A stretch of 64,000 bases of DNA from Ascidiella aspersa (taxonomy: Eukaryota), in contig OZ004610.1 in the NCBI GenBank assembly GCA_963924565.1, positions 11,780,001 through 11,844,000 on the forward strand, read 5' to 3'. This document shows, piece after piece, positions 1 through 45,219 of the stretch. Position 1 is the stretch's first letter; each line of letters begins with the position of its first letter. The notes under the pieces were generated by a model. That model saw only the letters and a program-made list of their open reading frames with translations. It was not told the DNA's origin and made no database searches. The position numbers and the translations under genes are program-made.

Positions 1-1871
1 AAGGTAAAAACTGTGAAATCGGTAGTATTTGTGTGTGCGGTGCGCAGTGTTCTCCAAAATACACGACTTAGTGCGGGTATCACGAAATAGGTTTCGAGTT
101 CCCGAAAAAAAGTTACCATGGTTAAATAGACCAAATACGTTAGTGAGGCAAGCGTGAAAACGTTTCGCTCAGGTCGTGCAGCGCGCCTGAGTTGACGCAA
201 ATCTTTTCAAGCACTTGAACTGGGGCAGGCGCTCCAGCCTGAAAAGAATGCTGACAATTGTTTTTAGGAGCAGAAATAAATACAACGCTGTGCACCTGAA
301 TCATAGTTAACTCTCGGGCGTGCAGTAAATAGTGTACCTTGGGCTAAAGCATAACGAAAATTAGGTTATTTGCTTATATTAACAGTTGTATAGGTTAAAA
401 AATCATATAAAAAGGTAGTTTAATTTCAAATGAAATTTGCAAGATATAAATTTGGGTGTGCACATTTTTATATAAGTGCCCATTCGTTCATGCACAAGTA
501 GAATACACGCCCAGTCAACCTTCACTCAATGCAGTCTAACACCAAGCAGTTGATTGATACACCGCGATGTGTTTTTGATGTAGGGGTCACATTTATAATG
601 ATAGTAATCAATAAATTGAGCCAGGCTGCCTAGTACTTAGAATCAATTCAATTAACTTATTTGTTGAAACAATACTCCTCCTAACTTTGGATAACTAATG
701 GTTCAAACTTGAACTCTAAGGTTGCGGTCAAACTGTTTTAAAAATATTAATTATTATTTCCTTGCTCTGAAATGCTTGCCGAGTGCTGCTTTTTTGTAAA
801 ACTTCTTGTAATACATTTTGGCCTCATATGAGCTTGCTTTTCGCTCGCAACCGGACTTTTGAAAGTAATATTAAAATTCTACGTATAATCATTCAAGCAT
901 TGCACATAATAACCGCGACCAGGGCCAATGTAAACATTGATACAATCAGCAAAAAGATCTGTCCAGTTTAAGGCATTCTGTTTTAAAGGTTTGATCGAAA
1001 ATAGATAAAACTGCTTTTGGCACCAGAAATAGTGTGAAAATACGCTCAACTCTGATCCACGAAAATAAATCATCGAGGTTACAACCAATCCAGCAAAGTT
1101 GATATTGTAACAATATAAAAACTACAGTAAAGTCATAAAATTAAAACATAATCGGTAATTATTTCTGTCATTTTATTTTTCAGATATTAAAAGAGCATCA
1201 TACTTACGTTTTAGCTCTTATTGTAAAGGGCTCCTTTTAAATTCGGATTCCACTTGGGACAGCGGACATCTCGTTAACACCACTAACTACTTATTAAAAG
1301 ACAGTCTGCAGTGATTTTACTGGATGAGCCTGCATATAAAGTCAGTGGGCAGAAATACGATCGTTCTACCGGGGAATTTTTTAGCATTCCTTTCTTTCTT
1401 AACTTGCCTACACTACCGTGTCGCGCTAGAATCTTCTTTAAAAATGCCAAACAAAAATTAAATTGGTTACAAGATATAGGAAAATCGTAAAGCCTAGGTT
1501 GCCGGCAAATCTTTGATAGGCTGACCAATTGCAGTTAGCCACGTAAACAAACACTAATCGCTCCCCGTAAGAAGCGCCACACGAACCTAGTGTTTGTGGA
1601 AGACAGATAAATCTCGGGAAATGCAGTTTACTCACGTAGTTGAAGAAGACTTTGATTTCCTAGCTTCGTAATCAATGGCTGCAAACAGTTGAACATAACT
1701 AAAGCACGCGGATAACAGTAAAAGTAGTAGAATCTTATAATAGTGTTGTACTAATATATTTTGGTTCTTGACAAATTGTTAAACAATGCTTTTATAATCA
1801 CTGACTTCGTACGGCTGTATTTAACCAATATTACCTTTGCATTAAAAGAAGAAGCTGAGTAAAATTTAAAA

Positions 1872-1877
1872 TTTATT
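1872..1877 (-). terminator. Candidate polyadenylation signal (AATAAA) of the GH31 gene
   Basis: TTTATT on the + strand about 300 nt downstream of the stop codon at 2177. Confidence 0.45.
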
Positions 1878-2176
1878 TGCTATTTTTCTAAAACGAGCTG
1901 GAGAAAGGAGTTCGACGAACACACAGAAAATATTAATTACAAGTTTGTGATGAAATAAAATGCGCGTTTCAGAGGCCCATGTTGAAATACACGACGTTTA
2001 GACGAATCAACTGGATGTCAAGGTTTTAAAATTAACACGTTAATTTACAAAAGGGGAGTTTTGCAGCAATCTAGTCGTTTAGGCGAAATTCGTATAATGC
2101 AAAATCGAACAACCTTGCGTCAGCTTTGACCTTCAATTACGAACTATTACTTAAGTCACAAGCCTTGGCAAGTCGA

Positions 2177-33735
<31,559 letters not shown>

Positions 33736-36007
33736 GCTTGGGAGATCCGTGATTTCTGCTCACGTCGTAATCACATGTAAGGTAACCTCTATCTCTGCAA
33801 GCTAGAAGCGATCACTGCTGTGGGAAATAAAGAGTTATATTTCGTTGTACATTTTTCCGAGAGAATTGTCCCGGAGGACTTACAAATTAAAACACTGGTT
33901 TGCCAAGTAAACTTCTAACGCACAAAGACGACTACGACTTTCAGTGTGATATGAGTAGAACTCTAGCAATACGCAGGCAAATTTTCCTAAAGCTGTACGA
34001 TGAAACGTGCAGCTTCGGCAGAAACTGTTTGAACGTTAATCAAACCCCGTACCCTATTTTTATCGCCGCTTGGAAGGTTGCAGACGAGCAATGATTAACC
34101 CAATGTTATATAAAAAAGGCCGTACGCTACTTGAAAACAGGATAACTGCAAGCAAAGCGTTGTTTACCTAGAGCAATCGGTGTCAGGGACCGCAAAAAGC
34201 GTTTCTTAAGCAACTTACTTTGTCAGACCCTGATTTCATTCCCGACTGCAACGCAGACGGCGTTTTCGTACGTTGCTGACCACCGTAATCAGTAACACCA
34301 AGTCACGCGTAGCAGCTCTTTTGGTGACCTGTAGGGAAAATTGCATGCAGACGGAACCGAGGGTCGTAACGCTAGGTCGCTTCATTAGTATCTTACCGGT
34401 ACGTAACATGTTCTTCAGAGTGTCAAAAAAATTTTTTTAATTTCATTTAAGTCAATTGCAAAAAAACAAAACCAGCGAAGACATAAAGTCCATACCAATG
34501 TCGTCGCAAGTCATTGACTTGAAAAACTGTTATTCTCTAGTCTAGATTTTAGACCAGGGGAAAACCGTGGTAGGCATACATTGAGAGGGAAACAAATGTA
34601 GGAAATATATAACAAGCAAATCAACATGTAGCAACTAAACTGCTTTACATACAAAGAAATAATTATTAACCTAATTTTATCTGACAATCATTAAGGAAAA
34701 TACAAAGTCTGGTTTTATTTAATTTAACATAAAGATAAATTATTAGGATTATATTTGTATTATCTTATTATTTGAAAGTGTGCCCAAGTTATGTAACAGT
34801 TCAACTTATTATGTAATATTGTTTCACTCGTCAAACTTAACTGCAAGTGACTTAATAAGTAACACTTAAAAGCACTCCAAACATGTTTCAGGAGAGTTTA
34901 TTCTCCGGCGCGACCCAACGCTACCGGAACAAGGCAACGGAAAAAAACGCCCATACGCGTTTTGTCGGCGTTAAGTTTATCCAACTTTACAGAGCAAACA
35001 GGCTGCGGTACCCGCGCCCCAAGCTCGACCAACAAACCGTAAATAAATCAACAAAATCATTTTAAGTGCGCCAAGTTACGACCGAGCATGACAAAGAAGG
35101 TCGAAATATAGCTTTCTGCAACTGTGGACCGCACGAAAGCAGAATAATCCCCAAAGAGGCTAACGTTCGACAGTTTAAATACGTAGTATGTATCCCACTG
35201 AACAATCAAATCAGTTCATACACAAATTTGAATGAAACCCAAAGTTATACGATCAATATAAAGCGTGCATAACGTTGGGAATGTTGGTTGTGGTTACATT
35301 GCTAGCTGATAGCTGTCGTCTTTTCGAAGCTAGAAGAACCGACGTAACAACAGTTAACGAAGAAAGCGCGTTTAATAGGTTTGTAGCTTTACGAGCGATT
35401 GTAAACGAAGTTTACTATTGAGGTTACGCAACGAAACCCGCAATGCAATACCAACGACAAACAGGCCAATAACCCGAACGACATGGCGGGAAACAAACCT
35501 AAAAGTGGCATTTTTAAAAAGCCATTTTTCTAGAGAAAAAAACAAACAAACAAAATAACGCCGATTGTACGAAAGACTAGGGAATACAACATACGAAACT
35601 TGACTAATGGGTGGTAAAGGAACGGGGTTCGATCAAAAAACATGCGTACGATTTTAATACGTGTATGAAAACGTGCCTAAGGTGACACATCACGTCAATA
35701 AATAAGGAAAAAATCAGCACGAAAGAGATAAGTCACATAGTTAGCATTTAAGGACAGAAATGGCACACGTTTTTTTTTTCATTAAGTGTCTCGATTAATT
35801 GTTACCAATTAGTTGAAACGACTAACCTTGCAAAATAACTCGAATTTGATTACCTACAGTCGATATCTTGAGAGTGGAATGACATCGTGAAAATATTTTC
35901 TCTTTAAGGAAACGACATATTCGCTTTTACGTTTACCCATGTCAGAACAAACGTCGAAAAAACTCAACATTTTGCCATGAATCGGCTTTTAAGTCTTTTC
36001 TTGCCGC

Positions 36008-39000
36008 TTATCTTCTTCCTCCCTTTTTCGTCTTCGTCTTGCCCTGGTCCGGATTAAGTTCTTCCTGGTACTTTTCGGCCATCTCCTCCTGCAAATCTTC
36101 GGGACAGGCTTCGTAGAAGGCAAATTCCATCGAGTATTCGCCCTTGCCCTGCGTTTAAACGGCCGAGGTGTAAAACAGTTTTGTAACATTTTTATCAGAA
36201 TGGGTTTGCCAAACTCATTGTGGCCTACGCGCCTCGCTCGATCAGAGAGATAAAGTGTTCTCAAATTTGGCTTAGGTGGAACTTGAACAAGGGACGGCAA
36301 ACCTCCCTTGAAACCGACATTTATTGAGTCTTGCAAAAAGTATAAAGCAACATTGTCATATAAGAGTTAACTCCTTAAAAGCAGCGGATTCAGGCAGATT
36401 CTATTATTCGAAAGAAATTTTTTATTATCCCCTGAAAGCTGTAATCATAAAAAACACATCAGTATATGTACAGAGCATTGACTGTAAAAAGGATTTGACT
36501 AAACTTACCAAGACAAGCGTTAACAGAATATAACTAGGTAGGAGAAAATATAATGGGAATAAATTCCCTGTTTGGAATTATTTACTTGAACCACATATAT
36601 ATATAAACATTGGCTTATGTGTTTTGATCTTGTACCAGAGACCTTTAGATGTTACACTGATGCAAGAAAGTAACAGCACTCGTTTCGGTGTTACCAAGGG
36701 AACCATCAGCAATCCTTGTCGGAAGTAGTCTGCCTTAAAAATCATTTTTTTACAACTGCGCTGCGATATTTTAACCTTTAGTCAGGTTTTCTGAACAATA
36801 AACCGAGTGTTTCGCGTTTGGCGTTAAGCACTAAATATACGCAATAAGGCATTGGCAAAAGTACATACCACCATACTTCGTAGCTTCAAATCGCGATCGC
36901 CAGCTTTTGAAACAAATGAGGGAAAAGGATATGTTTAATATCGTTAATAGCGGACAAACGGACAAAAGATCATCACCGTTGCTTTTAACTAGGCAGTCCT
37001 CGCATCATTTCCCCCGTTTTCAGGGACACCTATACCAGCCATATGGCTTGAAAAGTAACGCCAGGTGACAACTGAACGCAGTCACGCACACACAAACACA
37101 CGGCCAGGGTTTGCGTTTGCACTATTAATAGTAATCTAAATACAGTGCGATAAATCATTGAGCAAATCGGGCACGTGCTTGCCAACACGAATGTGAAGGT
37201 GGTCGCGCCGGCCGAGGTTTCGAAGAGAACAACAACTTCTGCGTGCTTGGCACAATCTGGTACAGCCATTTCGGGGTCAACCCCCGATACTTTAGAAATG
37301 CAGGTATGCTTGTAACCACAGCGATTGTGTTTGGGGGTAAATGACCGCGTTTGACTTTACTCTATCCTAAGAATGTTGATTGGCCAACTTTGTTCGTGGT
37401 CTCCTACACATTCCGCTATATAGTTTTATTGAATAGAAACAAAATATTTTTTAACCCTTAATATTGCTATACAGCTGTGTTTTTTAACCTGTTTTTAATA
37501 GGCCCCTTTAGTAATTGTAAAGAGCGTTGCACCGCTTCCCCAGATAATAAGCAAGTGGCATACCAAATGCGATTCCGTTTTATCGATTACAAACCTTCGA
37601 AAGAATTGACATTTTTGAGCAGGTGTAATTTCTTGGAGAGTACAACCAGGGGCGGATCTAGGATTTGTTTAGGGGGATAAAGTCACAAAGTTATAACATG
37701 GCATAACATGAAACCTGTTGCTATCGAGCGAACTCGTGCGCAAATATGCAACATTGAAGGTGGGACTGATAATTTGCGTTTGTTTCTATAAAATTGACGA
37801 AACTTTTAATTTAAAAAAATATGTGTCGGATAGACTACACAAAAATGTTGTGGGGCCATTCACTTCACAGCTATACGGCTTCATTCAAACCAAACAAATC
37901 GTATAAAGCAACTTGACCTGTATTGTAATTTTAGGGTGATATGTGTATTTTTAAAAGACAAAAAACAAGTCATGGCATGCACAGAGACTTTTTAACAAAT
38001 TATAATGAAACGCTGAAAAGTTACGTATCTCCATTGGTTTAGCTTAAAATAAAATATATAGCTGTATATCTATATATAAATATATATCAGTGGTAAAGGT
38101 GTGTAAATGACGTTTTTCTTCATCAACTGTACCAGAATTTTTTGACCAAATATAGCCTAAATCGGTCGTAAAATCGAGAGCATACCGAAACTCTAAAAAT
38201 TCATGAAAAAACATATCGTTACACAATACAAGTAATATGGAAAAGACGCTTGTGTAAACCTTACCTGCATGACAACCAAAAACCCGACACGGCCTAATTT
38301 AAAAATGCGCTTGTCTATCTAAACCGGTAAAAGTAGAAACTGGTACTGACCTCGGTCTGGGATCTGAGCTCTGACGCGTAGCCGAACATCTTTGCAAGGG
38401 GAACGTGACAGACCACCACAAAGTACTCTCCAGCGTCCATGTTTTGCTCCTGGACGATCGCCTTCTTTCTGTTGATACTGCCCATCACAATCGGAACAAA
38501 CTCCACTGGAGCTGTAATCTCAACCAGCATAATCGGCTGTAGGATCTGCTTCTCGGCCGCTTCGAGCGCTAGAGACAATCGGACGTTTGTTTGAGCCGAA
38601 TTTTAAACGACAACAAACCAATTTTTGCTTCGGCTGCTACTCGATATGTAGTGGTTCAATATTCAGGTTGTCATTTCATTAGGATCAACGTGTAGGATAA
38701 GTTGTAGATTTACTATTTTAAAACGCTAGTAGAAAATGCGTTCACTTATAGCAAAACTAAATCTTAACAAAAATGCGGGAGTTGCTATGAACCGCAAGTA
38801 CAAAAAAGACTTTACATATATACAGAGTGTTGTCGCTAGATACAGGGTGTTGTGTTTGAAGTTATCAAGTTACATATTACACAGTGTTGTGTTAAAGTTA
38901 CCAAGTTACAAGATTCCGAAAACAGGCTTGTACAAACTTGATTAGTTGCAAATCAAGAAGGTAACATACAAAACAAACAGAACAGAGTTCGTGCTTGAAG

Positions 39001-42000
39001 TTTAATGGTTAATTATACGAGTATAAGGCATAAAGGTTCGTGGCTAGGTAAATATTCTTTTAGGGTGTGTAGGGGTCTTGGAGTATTGGTCTAGTATGCA
39101 AACCCGTAAACACATCTTATCAGAAAACCCAACATCACGTATCCGTCGCTGCTATGTTACACAGTCACAACCTGCATGGCGCGTCAGATTACTTTAACGC
39201 TATAGTTTATCAAGCCCAGAAATGGTCAAATGTCTCGAAAAGCGACCAAACGCAGCTAATCTATCACGTGTTACACAAGCTGCGAAAAACGCACAGCTGC
39301 GGCATCGGCGACTTGCAGGCCTTATTAGGAACAACCCCCGCATTCCAGTAAAGCGCTGTGTTTGCAGTTAACCTCGAAACCTTATGAGGCAACTCGAAGG
39401 CAACTGTTTTCACCGCACAAGATTGACTATATCTTAAAAGCGGCAATCGTTCTTAGGAATTATTAGGTGTTCTCGAAATTTCACAAAAATAAGTAAGGTA
39501 AATACTGCTAACTTAGGGTGCAGGTGGGCAATCGGCAAAATGACCTAATTAAACTAAGAGCGAATTTTCAATAACGCGCGATCAGGGCAAATCGATTTGG
39601 GCCACAACCTTTTGCAAACCGATCCATACAAACCGCAGAGATCTGGCGACTAAGGAAAGACGTTGAGACGAAGTGAAGAAACCACGACTCGGAAACCAAA
39701 CTCGATTGAACAGGACAAAAGTTGCATTATAAAGTAAGCGGGCAAAGGTGAGTATCTACCTTGGAACGTGATTTAAATCTGTGATACAAGACCTTGTTGT
39801 CACGTTGGTCGAGTCAATAACAAGTGAAGGTATTGCGTCTACTCACGGAACGACCACGCCACTGAACCAAGCATAATTAATTTGATATGAAATTTAAGTA
39901 GAATACAATTTGAGGAAAATAGCGTATACATTATTTATATAAACAAACATATTAAAACAACAAACGTTGCTGTCAGTGTCTGCATTTGGTGGACAAACTT
40001 TGGTTGAGCCGAAAGCGTAAATTAATTTTGAATTGTTATGATTTATTTCATGTAATAATGATTTACAGTCAATTACAAATGTTAATTGTGCGCAAAAATT
40101 GGGTATTTTTTCTTACGCACATTCCTACAAATAAAAAAATTGACCCTTCCAAAACAAATTTGAACATTTTTGAAATTTTACAATTGTATGTATGCCCCAA
40201 AAAGACGTTTCTCGTTCAAAATGATTTTATTTTATGAAAAATAAAGAAAATACGTTTTATGGAAAATAAAGAAATATGTTTCAGTAACCTTATATTTTAG
40301 CAAGCTTAGGCAATACCGTAAAATCGTGAATAATTTTCGTGCTTAAGTGAAACTGAGGTTAAGTAAACAGTTTTGTTACTTTAGGCGTCTTTAAATTTAT
40401 TTGAAATTCAACAAGGTAGTCGATGTGCCCCAAAGATTCCCTTATATCCGAACAGGAATACCGTTGTACAAATTGACATAATCTGTTATCCTTGTCCAAA
40501 AGCCTAATCGGGCCAGGGTGGGCCGCAGTTTAACGTCTCGAACAAATTTGCGCTGTAAATTTACTGTGTACAGAAACTCCTCGGCGGGGAAATTCAGTTA
40601 ACGAAAATAACTCTATCAAATGTTAAAATACCCTTTTGTTTGCTGTTAAGAGGTAAAGCTAAACCATTTACATGTTCGTATATGTGAATTTTGCCTTCCG
40701 CACTGACAAAGCGGTTAAGGCACTCATAATACCTGTAATTATGTGCCTTTAAAGCTAACTAAAAATCAAGTTTATACTTTACAAAGTTATGATATCAATA
40801 CTGAATTTTAGATATGTAGTTTTGGCGTATGGGAGAAGTACTTGCCATCACATAACAAGGTAAATTTATAACATTTTATACATAACGTTCTGGTTCATTG
40901 GTGTATTACAAACACGACGCACAATCGCCGCAGTATGTGAGTTTCAGGGCAAACGGGCGAACGACTGACCTTTTTTGGCAGCGAATTGGGCACAGATCCT
41001 GAAAGCGATCTCGGACGAGTCGACGATGTGGTGGGCGCCGTCCTCCACCACAACACGCAAGCCTGCCATCGGCGCGCCGATCAGCAAGCCTTCGCTGAAC
41101 GAGTCTTCCAGAAAACCCTGAAAGCGCAAACTCGTTTGAACTACATAACAAACAGAAAATGCGTCAACACAAATTTGCGCATATTTTGAGTAAATTTATA
41201 GCCCCGTGTGAAGGTGGATATTCCATTTTATTACGTATGACGTATAGTTAATCTTTAACCTTAGCAGCTTAGCCAATGTACAGTATAAACTAAAACCCAA
41301 AAGGTTTTCGCAAGTATTTGAAGAATTATTTTGGAGAGTTTTTGTTAAGGTTGTTGGTTGAACGCAATACGCCGTGGGTTAAAATTAAACAGCTATCCAC
41401 TCTGCACCCTGCCTAGTGTCTATATATAGTTTCAAACCTTGAACGTAGGCTATGCCGTTTTCGTGTCTTGACAACATTTACAAACAAGGGTCCGACTTAT
41501 AAACATCAAATTAATAATTGAAAGAGTTTTTACTTCAAGGAATTTAAAGACAACGCCAATTAAATTTATCATCGTTAAAAACTTTCGGAAAATGTGTAGA
41601 AAAGTTTCGTAAAAAAAGGTCTTCTTTGAGACGCATTGTCCGGTGCAGTTTTAATGCCAGAAACTTAACACAGCATTATGGTTAATGAAAATGAAATTAA
41701 CTTTAGTATAAACTTAGTATACACCCGGTTAAACAAACCCAAACCTAAAAACCCTCTACAAACGCAGGCTGGCTTCTGTTTAAAACACAGAAACAGTATT
41801 TTTGTTTCACTGATTAGCGAGGGGATTTCTATCAAAAGTATACGCGCGGTCAAATGGCGAGAAACCCAGAAAGGGGGTGAGTCCTTACTTTCTTCGACGT
41901 CAATTGCAATCGTGTGTCAAACTGGCGGCAAGGGGTTCTTAAAACATCGAAACGCGTTGGTTTTAGAATGATGAATCACGCTAATTTGAAGCGAAGTTGA

Positions 42001-45000
42001 CACAGGCCACGAAAGCGTCAGATGATATGACGTTCAGTGCACCGAGCCCGGGGTAAAACAAGGTAAACAACCCGGCAAAAACACAAAGCCTTGACCTGTA
42101 TGTTTTATTCTTATAAGGCGGTAGAGGGAACTTGATTCATATACAATATACATGTTTATAATAGATCTTCAATTTGGTCTCTTTAAAAAATGTAACACCG
42201 TATCAATTATCTTAAACCGTAAGACTTTGTAGCCAATGCAAGGCTAGAATGAACACTATTAGGTACGGTAGGAACGTCGTTGCTTAAAATTAGCCCAAGT
42301 TTGGGTTGTTATCCCAGTTGTATCACACACTAGTATAGAATTTAATGGTTTATTTCATTGGTTCAATCTGCCTGAAATTACGATTGTCGTTACTTTTATA
42401 TGAACGATAGATTGATCTAGCCATACCCCTTACCGTGAACCCCTTTTATTACATAAATTTTAAACAGTTTTTACGGATTCCAGTCAAGGTTCTTTGACTG
42501 ATATGGCATACCCGTTAGCCCGGGTGCCTAAGACACCCAAGAATGTCCATCATAAAAGCTGGATAAACAATTAAAACTAATACAGTTTAAACAGTATATA
42601 GTTCACGGGATCCAGTCATGTCTAAGACACCCAATAAAGTTCAACTTAAAAACTGGATAAATATAAAACTAACTGCGCCTTTTTGGTCGCCAGAGGAATA
42701 AAATAGGGTTGGACTTAAGCACTCGCCCACTCGCCAATGCGAGACCAAATTGCTCTTGGCGAGTGGTGATTGGCACCCACTCGCCCGACTGGCGAGTGGC
42801 TTCGGCGAAAAATGTAATTAGTTGGTGCAGGACAACTTGTGTTAAGCGCCACTACTAAAAATATTTTCTTAAACACTAAGGTGCAAATACATTCAACACT
42901 TCACAAATAATAAGGTTATTCGAAGACACGTTCAAAGCTCGTAACAAAGACTCTTTGTCCCGTTTAAAAAAAATCGTTTACCGGCGAACATCCAAAGACG
43001 TAATTGCTGCAGTAGTAAACAGTTATGTGGTTTATTGTTTAACTTCAACGTCGTTGACGCCTTTGGAAAAGTTTATTGGACGTGCAGTTTTGGGTAACAA
43101 TAAGTTCAAAGCAAATCTTATAATAATATTTATAAGCAATGTTTTTTTAAATGAGGGACTAAAACGGACCACTGAACTCTACGATATTTGAAATATCGCC
43201 TACTTGTGTAACTACAGCTGAGCATTAGTAATTAGTCTACGTAAGTATGTTGAATAACTGTATGTAAATATTTTATACTGTATTTAAGATAGATACGAAT
43301 CGAAACCATTGCGGACGCCCTTGGAAAATAGAAACGACCCACAATAGGGCATCGCGCCGCACAGAACCTCTGGTGCATATGGTGGTTAACTCAGCGAATA
43401 AATGGTTTAGTTGTAAATTTACAATTATTTTGTCATAATTTTATCTGTTCAAACAGCAACTACAGTGTTGGGCGAAATGTGGCGTTTTGTTTGTGGCGCG
43501 AAACAACCTGGATAAAACAACGTCCTTGAAGCACAGAAAAAACAGAATACGAAAAAAAGAGAGCGCAAGGAATTGACAGTGTTATTTTTTCACTAAAGAA
43601 TACTTCGGCTGAAAAACATTGTTTTAAGCGTAAACTGCTTTATATGTCATTCATTTGTTCATCCATGCATAAAAATAAACGACCAAACTTTTATAAAAAC
43701 AAATGTTTACGATAGGTTAGAAAGTACCCGCTCAGCCGCGGTCATAGCCGCGCATTTCATGTAAAGTCAACGTAAAATTCAGAAAAATCGCTCAAACGCG
43801 ACAAAACTTTCGTCGCGTTAACAGTTTTCAGTATAGTATTCCATTTTCAGTCGTGCAAATTTTACAGATAACTTTATTACAGCCGCGCAATTTAAAGCTG
43901 CAAAATTGTCTCTCCCGCACAAAATCTAAAGTTTACAATCAGGTGTTTACGTATAGAAAAATACAGGTTAACGATAACCCAAGAAATGACCGCGCTAGGA
44001 CGGAAATTTGCAGACAGCTGCCAAAAATTTGGCGAGTGTTATTTCGTCCTGGCGAGTGCTGATTGATAGCCGCTCGCCAAACTGACGAGTGTAATTTTTT
44101 GCTTAGGAACAACCCTGTAAAAATAGAAAAACTGCATAAATAAATCATATTGAACCCGCGGTTGAGATTCCCGCGGGCCCCCGACCTTCCGAATGCCGCG
44201 CGCCCACAACACAAATCACTGGCGATCGTAGTGGAGGACAACAAACCTTCTTAATCGATTTCATGTATTGTCTGGGCACGTTGGTTCCAGTCGTTTTGTC
44301 CACAAATTCCAGCCTGGTGTTCTGCTCGTCGGGCAGGGCCTGTGGATGACATTAAATGACGGGTCAAACACACGGGTTACTATCGAGTGCTCGTATAGAC
44401 CAAAGACAGGCCGAAAATCGCGCACTTTCTGGAACGTTCCCGCAAAGATTGTGGACACTGGAAGGCGGGGAGGTTTTTTGGTTTGTTTCTATTCTGCTGT
44501 TGAGAAATTTGCGCTCAAAAGCAGAACCCTAGGCTATCAGAAAAGGTGAATCGAAAGCGGTAAATAAATGCCTTCCGAATTATGGAATGTGTTTGGTGCA
44601 GTTTTGTTTTGTCGTTCTGCCCGGGACTACCTATCGTGTTTGACTACACTTCTTGATTAACTTTTCCGGTACAGGTTTTTTTGTTTTAGTCAAACAAATT
44701 CTAATAGTGCTTGGTCAAAGCATATAGGTTCGACCTCAGTACGAAATTAGAATAGGAAATTTTCCTTGGTTTTTATCGTTGTTAATTTTTTTGGCAGAAC
44801 TGATTAAAGGTTTGTATGTGGAGTTTGCGCGAACGCACACGTTGTTAAATTTTCTTAACGCCAGATTAATGGAAAGAACGGTCTCAAGGTTTTAGCTAAT
44901 GGTCGGTTGGTTTGGCTCAGTTTATGCCCCTCTAGACATAACAGCGAAAAAAGCATGAATCAACTGTTTTGACCTTTAAAGATAATTTGTACACACAGAA

Positions 45001-45219
45001 TCAAAGTGGGAGTGGAGCAATCAACAAACCTTTAAAAAAAGCTATCGAAAAGTCAACACGAGTGATAATAACGTTTATAATGCAAGCACTTATTTTTGCT
45101 CGGAATACGCGGAGAATGCGAAAATAATGTTTCAAATAAACTTGCACACCTCCATGTATCCAATGAGACGTCCGTACTGACCGGCACCTCCGCTCTGCCT
45201 CTTATGGATGTGATCGAAC
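36008..45219 (-). CDS. GFM1: Mitochondrial elongation factor G1, last five exons (domains IV-V); 5' part not in the window
   Basis: Exons 45150-45219 (FDHIHKRQSGGAGQYGRLIGYME), 44247-44339 (ALPDEQNTRLEFVDKTTGTNVPRQYMKSIKK), 40970-41117 (GFLEDSFSEG..DGAHHIVDSSEIAF), 38351-38568 (ILQPIMLVEITAP..VPLAKMFGYASELRSQTE) and 36008-36148 (GKGEYSMEF..KKGGRR*). Phases are consistent. Confidence 0.93.
42704..44117. mobile_element. ~1.4 kb non-autonomous DNA transposon (hAT-like) in a GFM1 intron
   Basis: Ends TAGGGTTGGACTTAAGCA / TGCTTAGGAACAACCCTG; clusters of CTCGCC/GGCGAG at 42720-42800 and 44030-44090; no transposase ORF; TSD not clear. Confidence 0.7.

Noticed and set aside
38262-38350. Alternative downstream donor after the GFM1 exon (CAG|GTAAGG at ~38264)
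   Set aside because: The extension contains an in-frame stop, and the donor at 38350 gives the conserved SQTE|GKGEY junction.
41889-41937. Possible poison exon in a GFM1 intron (AG..49 nt..GTAAGG with TGA)
   Set aside because: Only splice-like motifs, which are expected by chance; no other support.
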